Both the position numbers and the translations under genes were made by a program. The notes beneath the pieces were generated by a model. It was not told the DNA's origin. It did not search any database and was given only the letters and a program-made list of their open reading frames with translations. From positions 3,072,001 to 3,136,000 of the forward strand of contig OY762721.1 of assembly GCA_963666345.1 (NCBI GenBank): DNA of 64,000 nt, given 5' to 3'. Positions 21,661-31,027 of the stretch are shown here, in pieces. How positions within the stretch are numbered: position 1 is the first letter of the stretch; the number at the start of each line of letters is the position of its first letter. The stretch comes from Desulfatiglandales bacterium (GTDB lineage Bacteria > Desulfobacterota > DSM-4660 > Desulfatiglandales > Desulfatiglandaceae).

Positions 21661-23076
21661 TCAGCCGATCGGCTCAAAGCGGGCCTGGAAAAATCTCAGA
21701 TATTCCGGCTCGTAGACCATTTTCAAGCCCCTTGTCTGCTCCCGTTTGTCGTAGACGGCCTTGATGCTCTCGGCAACTACATCCATGTGGGCCTGCGTAT
21801 AGACCCTGCGCGGAATGGTTACACGCGTCAGCTCCAGGGCGGGATGCCTGTGATCCCCCGTCTTTTCGTCACGGCCGGCGCTTACAATGCCCCGCTCCAT
21901 GGTGCGCACGCCAGAGTCCAGATAGAGCTGCGCGGCAAGGGTTTGGGCGGGGAACTGCTCCTGAGGGATATGGGGATAAAATCGCCTGGCATCCAGGAAT
22001 ATGGCGTGACCGCCCACTGGTTCGACAATGGGGACCTCCCAGTCGAGGAGCAGTTCCCCCAGATAGCGGACCTGCCTTACACGTGATGCCACGTGTTCAT
22101 CCTGCACCATTTCCTCGATCCCCAGGGCCACCGCCTCCATGTCGCGGCCCGCCATTCCCCCGTAGGTATGAAGGCCTTCGTAGACCACCACCATGTTTCT
22201 GGCTTTTTCAGCCACTTCAGGATCATTGACCGCCAGCCAGCCGCCTATATTGACGAGATTGTCCTTTTTTGCGCTCATCCAGGCCCCGTCAGTGTATCCG
22301 CAGAATTCACGCAGGATCTGGGCGATGCTCTTTTCCCTGTAGCCTTCCTCCTGCTCCTGGATAAAAAAGGCGTTTTCAGCCATTCTTGTGGCATCCAGAT
22401 AAATCCTGATGTCGTAGCGGTCGCAGAATCGACGCAACTCCTTTACGTTTGCCATGCTGACCGGCTGACCTCCAGCCATGTTAACCGTGCCTGCAAGACT
22501 TACATAAGGGATTTTACCGGCACCGACCTTGTCGACAAGTGCCTGAAGTTTATCCAGGTCGACATTGCCCTTGAATAAGTTCCGGTTGGCAGGGTCGTGG
22601 GCCTCATCTACGATAACATCCACAAAGGTCCCTCCGGCCAGTTCCTGGTGAAGCCGGGTGGTGGTGAAATACATGTTGCCCGGTATATAGTCGCCTTTGG
22701 AAATAACCGCGCGGCTTATCAGGTGTTCCGCTCCGCGGCCCTGGTGGGCCGGGATGACATTTTGATATCCGTAGTATTTCCTGATGGCCTCTTCGAGGTG
22801 GTAGAAGTTGCGGCTGCCCGCATAGGCCTCGTCACCAAGCATTATGCCGGCCCATTGACGGTCGCTCATGGCGCTTGTGCCGCTGTCTGTAAGCAGGTCG
22901 ATGTATACATCTTCCGAATGCAGCAGAAATGTATTGTAACCGGCCTGCTGGATCGCAAGTTTGCGGGCTTCGGGGTGAAGCATGCGGATCGGTTCGACCA
23001 TCTTTATCTTCCAGGGCTCTGCCCAGGACCTGCGTCCGTATTGCTGCCCCATGGTTTTGTATATTGATTCTGACAT
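21661..23076 (-). CDS. tpl: Tyrosine phenol-lyase
   Basis: DLLTDSGT, GDEAYAGS, SAKKD PLP lysine; TPL-type MYFTTTR, MERG, LRFF (tryptophanases have FDTT / LRHF). Confidence 0.88.
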   Translation of the reverse strand: MSESIYKTMGQQYGRRSWAEPWKIKMVEPIRMLHPEARKLAIQQAGYNTFLLHSEDVYIDLLTDSGTSAMSDRQWAGIMLGDEAYAGSRNFYHLEEAIRKYYGYQNVIPAHQGRGAEHLISRAVISKGDYIPGNMYFTTTRLHQELAGGTFVDVIVDEAHDPANRNLFKGNVDLDKLQALVDKVGAGKIPYVSLAGTVNMAGGQPVSMANVKELRRFCDRYDIRIYLDATRMAENAFFIQEQEEGYREKSIAQILREFCGYTDGAWMSAKKDNLVNIGGWLAVNDPEVAEKARNMVVVYEGLHTYGGMAGRDMEAVALGIEEMVQDEHVASRVRQVRYLGELLLDWEVPIVEPVGGHAIFLDARRFYPHIPQEQFPAQTLAAQLYLDSGVRTMERGIVSAGRDEKTGDHRHPALELTRVTIPRRVYTQAHMDVVAESIKAVYDKREQTRGLKMVYEPEYLRFFQARFEPIG

Positions 23077-23111
23077 AAGACCTCCTGGATTTTGAGTTTT
23101 AGGTGCTACCG

Positions 23112-23570
23112 CTATTTTACAGGAATCTCAGTAGAGCTTTTGACCTCGTTGAGCACAAGACTGGTATAGATGCGGGCCACCCCGGGTATGGGCGTCAACC
23201 TATTTACCAGAAAATCCTCCAGGCCCTTGGTGTTTTTCGCCACCACCTTGAGGAGGTAATCATAATCCCCTGTTACATGGTGGCATTCAAGAACCTCGGG
23301 CATCTGTTGAACCGCCTCGTGAAAACCGGCAACCTGCTCCGTATCGTGCAACTGCAGGCTTATACGCACGAAACAGCACATGTCATAGCCCATGCGATGC
23401 CGGTTCACCAAGGCCGCATATCGGTCAATAAAGCCGGATTCTTCCAGGTGCCTCACCCGTGCCAGCGTGGCCGGCGGAGACAGATTCACCCGCCTCGCCA
23501 GCTCCGCGTTACTGATTCGCGCATCCGTCTGTAAAATTCCCAAAACAGCGATATCTATTTCATCAAACAT
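23112..23570 (-). CDS. Lrp/AsnC transcriptional regulator
   Basis: DARISNAELARRVNLS, ECHHVTGDYDYLLKV; start trimmed to MFDEID with GGAGG RBS. Confidence 0.93.
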   Translation of the reverse strand: MFDEIDIAVLGILQTDARISNAELARRVNLSPPATLARVRHLEESGFIDRYAALVNRHRMGYDMCCFVRISLQLHDTEQVAGFHEAVQQMPEVLECHHVTGDYDYLLKVVAKNTKGLEDFLVNRLTPIPGVARIYTSLVLNEVKSSTEIPVK

Positions 23571-23955
23571 GATTACCTCCGAAGAATTAAATGAAAGACA
23601 CGGCTTATTGTCAATAATATTATTAAGATTGCTAAAAATTAAAAATAATAAATTGTAAAATAGAAGGTTAACCGTATATTGTTCCGATGTCAATGCTTGC
23701 AGCCGGCAATACGCAAAAGAATAGCAGGCGGTTAATTTTGACGGCTCTGTAAGAACTCCGACTTCTCGGTTAGGTTTAACCTTTCCGGTTCTTCTTCAAT
23801 CTAGCTGTGTAAAAAGGTGGTGTTGCTCTGAGATTGTCTTGACCAACGAGGTCATCAGGGCTTTGCTTTTTTTGCACATAAATCTGTGCTTGAATGCACA
23901 TGAAATTGTGCAATTGCCACAAAGCCCCTGTATCCTTAATCCCTTATTAACCCCT

Positions 23956-24578
23956 TTAAATAACCCCTTAATCCACCAGTTTTACTGGTGGGTCCCAGCT
24001 ATGCTAAGCGGGTAGCGTGGTGGTGACAAAAAAAGAATACCTCCATAATATCGGGGTAGGTGACCCTGAAGATAAAAGGAGGTATTCAATGAATGATTTT
24101 AGAAAATTAGCACATGCGATCTGGGATTGCAAATACCACATAGTTTGGTGCCCGAAATATCGATTCAGGATTCTGAAAGGTGCAGTAAGAAAATCAGTCT
24201 GTGAAATTATAAAGCAGCTGTGCGAATGGAAGAAGCTTGAAATTCTGGAAATGAATGTCCAGAAAGACCATGTGCATCTTGTGATATCAATACCACCGAA
24301 GTTATCGGTTTCGGAAGTAACAGGTTTTTTGAAAGGCAAATGCGCCATAAAGATCTTTGATAGGCATCTGGAGTTGGAAAGGCGGTACTGGGGAAGGCAT
24401 TTTTGGGCGAAGGGATACTGTGTCAGTACCATAGGACTGGATGAGGAGAAGATCAGAAAGTATGTCAAATGGCAGTTGGAAAAAGATAAGCGCATGTAAT
24501 TGCCTAGTATAAGGATGTAAATGTTACCCTTTTAGGGTCACCTTTTAGTCCACCCCTTTTAGGGGTGGTTGTTAAATT
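23956..24578 (+). mobile_element. IS200-family element, copy 1
   Basis: 623 bp matching 33003-33625; subterminal hairpins CCACCAGT-TTT-ACTGGTGG and CCACCCCT-TTT-AGGGGTGG. Confidence 0.9.
24089..24499 (+). CDS. tnpA: IS200 Y1 (HUH) transposase
   Basis: YHIVWCPKYR, DHVH, FWAKGY, YVKWQ. Confidence 0.95.
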   Translation: MNDFRKLAHAIWDCKYHIVWCPKYRFRILKGAVRKSVCEIIKQLCEWKKLEILEMNVQKDHVHLVISIPPKLSVSEVTGFLKGKCAIKIFDRHLELERRYWGRHFWAKGYCVSTIGLDEEKIRKYVKWQLEKDKRM

Positions 24579-24650
24579 ACCGGCTTTTGCTGAAATACAA
24601 TCTAGTGGCATACCTCTTGAATGCTATTTCTTATAAAGGGGGTGATGAAA

Positions 24651-24863
24651 ATGACGGGATGGTATGGGGATCAGCTTCTTTCAGAGCGTGAAAGGACTAT
24701 TGAATACAACAGGGGTCTTAAGATGGGCCTTTGGCTTCTTAAAAAGAGCAAAATCCTGCCCCTGGATTTTCTGATCAATGCCCTGGAAGAAGAAATCAAG
24801 AACAGTGAGCTTGAGCATACTGAAATGCTTTTGAGGTTTCACTTAAGAGATCCGTTACACTGA
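24651..24863 (+). CDS. Small hypothetical protein
   Basis: ORF with G-rich RBS-like sequence; no recognisable motif. Confidence 0.45.
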   Translation: MTGWYGDQLLSERERTIEYNRGLKMGLWLLKKSKILPLDFLINALEEEIKNSELEHTEMLLRFHLRDPLH

Positions 24864-24912
24864 AAAGGAAGACTCATTCAATGATTTAAGAGAACAATGA
24901 GCTTACTTTTAA

Positions 24913-25049
24913 TATCTTCACAAAAAGGCATTAAAGTATAAGTATATCAAGCGTTCATTTATTTATGCTTGTTGCATTAAATAAATACAACCGGAGTCAC
25001 CCATGAAGTAATCAGACCCCGTTTCTCGGATAGAGAGGTGGGGTTTTTT
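24913..25049 (+). ncRNA. Candidate small RNA unit, copy 1 (promoter + hairpin + terminator)
   Basis: Near-identical to 28484-28617; two hairpins, last followed by T-run. Confidence 0.45.
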
Positions 25050-25140
25050 ATTTTTATAGGCGAATACCCTCTAAGACATAAACTGTTGAATAATGAAAGA
25101 ATGATTGAATTTCAAATACTGCCAGGCACTGCTGAAGGTG

Positions 25141-25264
25141 CGCTACGACGTCCGCACACTCCAGAGACTTTCTTGGCCATACTGATGGCAAATCGACGAT
25201 GATTTACACCCATGTGCTTAATCGTGGACCATCCGGTGTTAAGAGTTCCGTCGATGAATTTTGA
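25141..25264 (+). pseudogene. intI: Integron integrase C-terminal remnant
   Basis: Translates (one frameshift) RYDVRTLQRL/LGHTDGKSTMIYTHVLNRGPSGVKSSVDEF*: box II plus the HVLNRG tail typical of IntI. Confidence 0.8.
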
Positions 25265-25427
25265 GATAATTAACAAGGTTTTTATACGGGTCCGTATATA
25301 CAATGTTGGAAAGCCATAGCGTTAGTTCAAGGCTTTCCGAAATTTCAGTTTACAATCTCAGCATTTTCTTTCTGAGGTAATTTAAAATCGCCTTGACAAT
25401 CTGTATCCTATAGGAAACACTTAGGGC

Positions 25428-25727
25428 ATGAAATTCAGACTCCGAAGTACGAAACAATATGACAAGTGGTTTTCCAAACTGAAAGAGTCAACGGCAAAAA
25501 TAAGGGTTTTGGCCAGACTCAATCGAGTTGAAAACGGCAATTTCGGAGATTTTAAGCAAATCAGCCCCAGCGTGTTTGAGTTGCGCTTTTTCTTTGGCGC
25601 TGGTCTCAGGATTTACTACACAATCCAGGACAGCAAGGTGGTTTTGCTACTGGCCGGTGGTAACAAGTCCAGCCAGGAAAAAGATATTGAAAAGGTCTCT
25701 GAGCTTTTGAAAGAATTGGAGGATTAA
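25428..25727 (+). CDS. RelE/ParE-superfamily addiction module killer protein
   Basis: RVENGNFGDFK, ELRFFFGAGLRIYY, LLAGGNKSSQEKDI. Confidence 0.9.
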   Translation: MKFRLRSTKQYDKWFSKLKESTAKIRVLARLNRVENGNFGDFKQISPSVFELRFFFGAGLRIYYTIQDSKVVLLLAGGNKSSQEKDIEKVSELLKELED

Positions 25728-25730
25728 ATC

Positions 25731-26009
25731 ATGAAACTTAAAACAAAATCTTTTGATATTGCCGAACATTTGAATACCCCTGAAGAGATTCGCGGTTTTC
25801 TGCAAGAGGTTGCTGCTACTGGCGACGAATCCGACTTCATCCACGCTTTGAATACCGCTGCCAGAGCAATAGGCATGACCGAGGTCGCTAAAAAAGCCGG
25901 AGTCACCCGCGCAAGCCTGTATAAATCTCTTGCCGAAGGCGGCAATCCAAAATTTATCACAATCAGCAAAGTAACAAAGGCCCTTGGCTGTAAGATAGCT
26001 GTTTTGTAA
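25731..26009 (+). CDS. HTH addiction module antidote protein
   Basis: FDIAEHL, ARAIGMTEVAKKAGVTRASLYKSL..GNP. Confidence 0.9.
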   Translation: MKLKTKSFDIAEHLNTPEEIRGFLQEVAATGDESDFIHALNTAARAIGMTEVAKKAGVTRASLYKSLAEGGNPKFITISKVTKALGCKIAVL

Positions 26010-26020
26010 AGGGTATGTGG

Positions 26021-26059
26021 GGTAATGCCGTAGATGTCAATTATGAAGATTATCATTAG
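26021..26059 (+). pseudogene. higB: HigB toxin C-terminal remnant
   Basis: [12 protein letters not shown] directly before higA; DYH* is the usual HigB terminus. Confidence 0.7.
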
Positions 26060-26070
26060 AGGTGAATGCC

Positions 26071-26358
26071 ATGCGTATGCACAATCCACCACATCCTGGA
26101 GAAATAATACGGGAAATGTGTGTTGAGCCCCTTGGATTAACAGTAATCGATACTGCCAAAGCGTTGAAAGTGACACGAAAGACTCTTTCAGGCTTGTTGA
26201 ACGGCAGAGCGGGAATTAGTCCCGGGATGGCACTACGGTTATCAAAAGTTTTTGGACGTACACCGGAGGGCTGGATGCGTCTGCAGTTGCAGTATGATTT
26301 GTGGAAGGCTGAACAGTCCTTCGACATAAGTGGCCTGAAACGTATCAAAGCTGCGTGA
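26071..26358 (+). CDS. higA: HigA/VapI antitoxin
   Basis: [35 protein letters not shown]. Confidence 0.92.
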   Translation: MRMHNPPHPGEIIREMCVEPLGLTVIDTAKALKVTRKTLSGLLNGRAGISPGMALRLSKVFGRTPEGWMRLQLQYDLWKAEQSFDISGLKRIKAA

Positions 26359-26372
26359 CTATAAGCAGCATC

Positions 26373-26505
26373 AGATAACCAATCGCTCGAGAGGGACCGG
26401 GCTTACCGTGCGGCGTTTTCGGAAAAATACGGTTTTAAAAAATGAAAATATTTATTTGAGGTCTCTGGGTTAAAGAAGCCCGGCCCCTCAGCTCTATTGA
26501 TGGCA
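26373..26505 (+). other. attC-like site
   Basis: AGATAAC...GAGAGGGACCGGGC / GCCCGGCCCCTCAGCTC...GATGGCA imperfect palindrome after stop codon. Confidence 0.6.
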
Positions 26506-26572
26506 CGGACGCTACGCGCCGTGCCATCGGCCCCGCGTATTATCATCCGCATGCTGTCCGGCGCTGCGCGCC

Positions 26573-26656
26573 GGCCATCAAGCGGATGCAGCGGTCGGTC
26601 ATCCACGCGAGCAAGCTCGCGCGTTCGCCCGCCGCTGATCCGCGGGGCCGTTGGGT
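26573..26656 (+). other. attC-like site
   Basis: GGCCATC AAGCGGATGCAGCGG...CCGCTGATCCGC...GTTGGGT. Confidence 0.7.
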
Positions 26657-26660
26657 TTTT

Positions 26661-27437
26661 ATGAAGAAATTGCGAAACAGATACATTTTCTTGGGAATTG
26701 TAATATTTATTACAACGACAGGATCTCTTTTATACCCTAAATATATTAGCCTGAAGGCCAAACTTACTCATGAGTTCGATTTGACGGTTCAAGGCGCTTC
26801 TTTAGCCTTTAATGAGTCAGTTAACAGGCATGTAGATTATCTTAACCAAAACCTTGATGAATCATTTAGAAATCTTGAGTTGTCATTGATTAGCCAGTCA
26901 GAAGAGCTGGATAGTTACCTGAGCAGAATGTCCCAGGGAGAACCCGATGTTATGGAAAAAGTGTCAAATACATTTGAGGCAGCTTATAAAAAGCATATTT
27001 ATCCTGCCATCGTTGATTTTGAAAAATCATACGAAAATGAACTTGCCCAACTGGAAGAGGGATTGTTAATACGTTTGAATCATTCAATTTCGATTGGTAG
27101 TTTTAAGACTAAATCTATTGGATTGAATCAACCTACATTAAGAGTTACAAATATTCTTCGATCCCCGAAGGGTCTAATCATAAAGGTAGTTGATGATTCC
27201 TTTGAATGGGTTCCTATAGTTGGTGATGCATGGGGATTTCTAAAGATAGTATATGATCCGCGAAAAGAAAATATTGAAAATAAGATTGTTGAGGTTACAG
27301 ATGCTCTCAGATCTTCAATAAATCACAAACTCTTAAAATATTCTACACTTACCCCCTCCCATATAGAGAAGGTTTGTAGGGATTCTTTTAATGGTAAATC
27401 TGCAGCTATTTATTATATATATCTGACTTATTTTTAG
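26661..27437 (+). CDS. Membrane-anchored helical hypothetical protein (cassette gene)
   Basis: N-terminal TM segment; starts just after GTTGGGT core site; AT-rich. Confidence 0.7.
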   Translation: MKKLRNRYIFLGIVIFITTTGSLLYPKYISLKAKLTHEFDLTVQGASLAFNESVNRHVDYLNQNLDESFRNLELSLISQSEELDSYLSRMSQGEPDVMEKVSNTFEAAYKKHIYPAIVDFEKSYENELAQLEEGLLIRLNHSISIGSFKTKSIGLNQPTLRVTNILRSPKGLIIKVVDDSFEWVPIVGDAWGFLKIVYDPRKENIENKIVEVTDALRSSINHKLLKYSTLTPSHIEKVCRDSFNGKSAAIYYIYLTYF

Positions 27438-27449
27438 GAAATAATCCCT

Positions 27450-28223
27450 ATGCTTAATCAAGTAAATAAAATGGGTTTCCTCCGAAGAAGTATTATTTAT
27501 TTTTCGGCATTTTTCATGCTTGTTGGATTTAGCTATCCAGCAGAAGCTGGATTTTTGTCAAAAATAGGAACGGGAGTTTTAAAGATATTTACCAAGTTTA
27601 CAAAGAAAGAAGCCGACGAGCTGGGTGAAAAAGGAGTTAAGAAATCCGTGAACAAACATACAGATGATGTCGTAAAGAAGGGAGCAATAGGGCATCCTGC
27701 AAAGGTTGGCAAAAAGGAATTCTATCCGAAGGGCGAAGAGGCACTTAGGTCTAAAGGTTACAGATATCTTGACGGTGATAAAGCCATAAAGGGTAAAGGA
27801 AGAGCTCATCGTAGAAAGCCCGACTATATTGCAGAAAAGGATAATAAAGTTGTAATTGGTGAAACGAAGTCCCCAGACGAACCGCCAACTTCTTCTAGCT
27901 GGAGGCATCGACAGCCTAATGATAGCCAAGAGATGGCAAATGTACGTGCAGATGTGGCTGCAAGTGAGAAGGCCGGAAAGCTTGATCCAGAGGTAGGCGG
28001 GCATGAGATTATTATTAGAGGACAAATTCCAGACTATGCAAAAAACATAGGGAAGACATATGATATGCCTGTTGATGCAGCAGGGAAAAAGATTATGGGA
28101 GGTTATACTGTTGATGCAAGCCAGGGGAAAAATGTCGAGCAAGCCTTAAAGAACTGCGGAAAAAAAAGTTATGAAAAGATTGATAATGGAAATGGGTCAA
28201 TTACATATGTATTTAAGTTATAA
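27450..28223 (+). CDS. Exported protein with putative PD-(D/E)xK nuclease motif
   Basis: Signal peptide ending AEA; KPDYIAEKDNKVVIGETKS. Confidence 0.6.
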   Translation: MLNQVNKMGFLRRSIIYFSAFFMLVGFSYPAEAGFLSKIGTGVLKIFTKFTKKEADELGEKGVKKSVNKHTDDVVKKGAIGHPAKVGKKEFYPKGEEALRSKGYRYLDGDKAIKGKGRAHRRKPDYIAEKDNKVVIGETKSPDEPPTSSSWRHRQPNDSQEMANVRADVAASEKAGKLDPEVGGHEIIIRGQIPDYAKNIGKTYDMPVDAAGKKIMGGYTVDASQGKNVEQALKNCGKKSYEKIDNGNGSITYVFKL

Positions 28224-28483
28224 GCAAAACTCAACAAATAAAGGATTAGTTCCGAGTCGAGGAACGAGTGCTCGGAACTAATCCATGGTTCAAGAAGCGG
28301 CGGAGTATAGGGAAAAAGGTTGATAGTTGCAGGACGGTTTTGCAGGTCAGGTCATGGAAAAGATCCAAAAGAAAATTTTTAAGAGACGGTCGATGCCAAA
28401 TCAAGTGATTCATAGACATAAAAATCCTGATTAAATCGGTTAAAAACCGGCATCCGGGCACAGAACAATCAACTTGCTTTTGG

Positions 28484-28617
28484 TATCTTGACAAAAAGGC
28501 ATGAAAGTATAAGTATATCAAGCGTTCATTTATTTATGCTTGTTGCATTAAATAAATACAACCGGAGGCCCCATGTGGAAATCAGACCCCGTTTCTCGGA
28601 TAGAGAGGTGGGGTTTT
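28484..28617 (+). ncRNA. Candidate small RNA unit, copy 2
   Basis: TTGACA at 28488; hairpins ATTTATTTATGC/GCATTAAATAAAT and ACCCCGTTTCTC/GAGAGGTGGGGT-TTT. Confidence 0.45.
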
Positions 28618-28656
28618 GTTGTCTATGCCTTTGATTTTAACTTACAAAGCTATTCT

Positions 28657-28780
28657 GGATCATCTCCAAAAGAGTTGATCCAAATAACGGGTTCTTTGCT
28701 CCGCTTACGCTTCGCTCAGTCCCACTACTTCGTAGCGGGTTCCCGGTTTCAACGGGCCAAGGATTCAAGGTCCCCAGTGG
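28657..28780 (+). mobile_element. Solo left end of the ISL3-like element family
   Basis: GGATCATCTCCAAAAGAGTTGATCCAAA matches the 17543 end; GGATTCAA repeat follows; no right end seen. Confidence 0.65.
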
Positions 28781-29061
28781 CATACTTTGAAATTGCAGAG
28801 AGTTAAACGGTTGATAAAGAACGTATATGCCTTGCTTGCATATAACAAAACGTTTTTTTTAAAGATGACTGGTGCGTTTTGAACTCCCAAATCATAAAGT
28901 TAAGAAGGTACCGTAAATATGATCGGCGAATTTGCACAATTTTCAGGGCAACTGTGCACAGGTTTTTGTGCAAAGGCTTGTTCCAAAGTGGTGCAGAAGG
29001 ATTCAATAAACGGGGAATAATTCTCACTACTCACTAGTTAGCCCGAAAAAGAGGAATTAGT

Positions 29062-29715
29062 ATGAGACAGAACGTTAAAGACTTTGCAAGCATAGTAAGC
29101 ATAACGTTACCAACCCTTGAACCTATATATGAATTTGGTTCATTTCAAGTACCTGAGCAGATAGGGTTTGCGGATTTGCGTCCGTTATTCCGCAATAAAG
29201 AATATATTGGTTGTGACATGCGAGAAGGCCCAGGCGTTGATAAGATATTGGATTTACATGCGATTGACATCCCTTCTGAATCCGTTGGAACAGTTTTGTG
29301 TTTTGATACACTGGAACATGTTGAATATCCCCGTAAGGCATTAGAAGAGATACATCGAATACTTAAACCTAATGGAATTGCAGTAATTAGTTCTGTTATG
29401 GATTTTCCTATTCACGATCATCCCTATGATTATTGGCGATTCACACCTGAAGCATTCAAATCAATTTTGAAGCCCTTCGATAAGTCTTTCGTGGGATTTC
29501 AAGGTAATGAGAGTTTTCCTCATACAATAGTAGGAATTGGCTTTAAAAATGATAAGCCTTCTTTAACAGAGTTTACAGAAAAGTACGCAAAATGGCAGAA
29601 AGCCGATAAAAAATCGATTAGACAAATAGTTCTAAAGCTGACACCGCCGATATTTATTCCAGTAATAGCAAGTCTTTATAGAACCGTCACTGGGCTAACA
29701 AGGCGCTCCACCTGA
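29062..29715 (+). CDS. Class I SAM-dependent methyltransferase (cassette gene)
   Basis: DTLEHVEYP, RILKPNG, PYDYWRFT; bounded by GTTAGCCC (29037) and GGGCTAAC (29692). Confidence 0.85.
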   Translation: MRQNVKDFASIVSITLPTLEPIYEFGSFQVPEQIGFADLRPLFRNKEYIGCDMREGPGVDKILDLHAIDIPSESVGTVLCFDTLEHVEYPRKALEEIHRILKPNGIAVISSVMDFPIHDHPYDYWRFTPEAFKSILKPFDKSFVGFQGNESFPHTIVGIGFKNDKPSLTEFTEKYAKWQKADKKSIRQIVLKLTPPIFIPVIASLYRTVTGLTRRST

Positions 29716-29763
29716 CCGCTACTCCGCTGCGCTACATAGCGGCAGGTGATCTCGATGCTAGGC
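29692..29763 (+). other. attC site
   Basis: GGGCTAAC AAGGCGCTCCACCTGACCGCT...AGCGGCAGGTGATCTC..GCTAGGC. Confidence 0.85.
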
Positions 29764-30682
29764 ATGGCATGTGACTAGCAGGGTGAAAGTCCCTGTACCA
29801 GGTGTTCGCGGAGCCTAAGGTTAGGAGAAGGGCAAGGGCGTCGTCGTGAGGCGGGGTCTGGAGGAAGCCCAATCCAAAAGCGCGGGGCGACGTATCACGC
29901 CGTTGGCGTGACGCAAGCGCTCACCGGATCTGAGGTGTGGTACGTCCGGGGCGAGTGGGCACGTGACCACGAAGCCCTCCATCCGCAATCGGGGCGTGCT
30001 TTATAAATCCGGCGTTTACGCGCGGAAAGCTCTGTGTCTTACCCCGGGAGGTCTCCATTGTGCCTTTTGAGAAGTCGCGTGCGACGGAATTTTGGCTGAG
30101 AATTGAGCAATCAATTCTGACCGCAATGGAGAAGTCAGCAGAGGGCATAGTAGTCTAGGAAGTCACGCTAATGCATGATTGGGAACGAGCTGTGAAAGAG
30201 CGGAGGATTCACCCGACGAAGGCCCGAACGGTTAGAGAGAGCAAGTAGGCGTTCGTGCAGTAGACATTAGCTTACCGGCGCTCAAGCGTGGTCGCTTACT
30301 GTTGAGTGAACAAATTGTATGCTGTGCTGAATTAACTGAAAACTCAATGGTTGGTCGCTGTTTGTTTATATTTGCATGCAGGAAAAGGGCTTTCCACTCC
30401 TGATCGGTAAGGAAAGTTGAGCAGGGTGTTGTCGGATCGGTACGAGCGATCAAGGTAATCATGAAGATCCTCCAAGCTACAATGCTCATAACTGTGAGGT
30501 ATTTTGCCAGCCGATCGGCATGCCCTAGCCGACATGATTCGACCCTAATGAAGTACATTTCAATTCGCCAGCGTAAGCAGTACCACAAAACTTTTTCATA
30601 AGCACCGAACCGCCGTGGTACGTGATCCGTATGCCAGGTGGTGTGGGAGGGGGGAGGCCGTGAGGCCCCTCCCTATCCCGAT
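29757..30682 (+). mobile_element. Group IIC intron remnant lacking RT ORF
   Basis: GGGTGAAAGTCCC, GAAGTCAGCAGAGGGCATAGTAG, GAAGGCCCGAAC; domain V/VI GAACCGCCGTGGTACGTGATCCGTATGCCAGGTGGTGTGGGAGGGG...CCTATCCCGAT. Confidence 0.85.
30346..30604 (-). pseudogene. IS4 transposase fragment inside the intron
   Basis: Inverted copy of ~35160-35450 with small deletions. Confidence 0.85.
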
Positions 30683-31027
30683 TAGTGCCCAGAAGAGATG
30701 AATTGTTCCGCAGCTGCTGCGAGGAGTTCAGAACGTTTCAAACCATGTTTTCCCCTATACTCATCTACATCATTGAGAAGAGATTCAGCCAGGGAAGATG
30801 ACATTAAATCGTTTTTTGGGTTCATTGATAATTTGGCTTTTTGGCTTAGGAATCGGTTTACCATGTTTTTTGGCAGTCTCGATCCATAATTTCATAGCTG
30901 TTTCTATTTCTTTAAGAGCTTCTTCTGGAGTTTCGCCAAAAGCTGAGCATCCTTTAAGCTCTTCGATTTCAGCTATGTAATCACCATCGCCTTCGGGGTC
31001 GGGGAAAATTTTTAAGGTATATTCCAT
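30682..31027 (-). pseudogene. hicB: HicB antitoxin, frameshifted before its RHH domain
   Basis: ELKGCSAFGETPEEAL..GKPIPKP in one frame; SLAESLLNDVDEY..KRSELL in another; shift near 30795. Confidence 0.8.

Noticed and set aside
21661..23076. Tryptophanase call
   Set aside because: FTTTR and LRFF motifs favour tyrosine phenol-lyase.
25112..25303. 63-aa minus-strand ORF
   Set aside because: Antisense shadow of the intI remnant.
28243..28295. Perfect 14-bp stem GGATTAGTTCCGAG/CTCGGAACTAATCC as a normal attC
   Set aside because: No extrahelical bases or properly placed GTTRRRY; more likely an insertion scar replacing the attC.
29921..30148. 75-aa ORF MPSADF...
   Set aside because: Antisense reading of conserved group II intron RNA.
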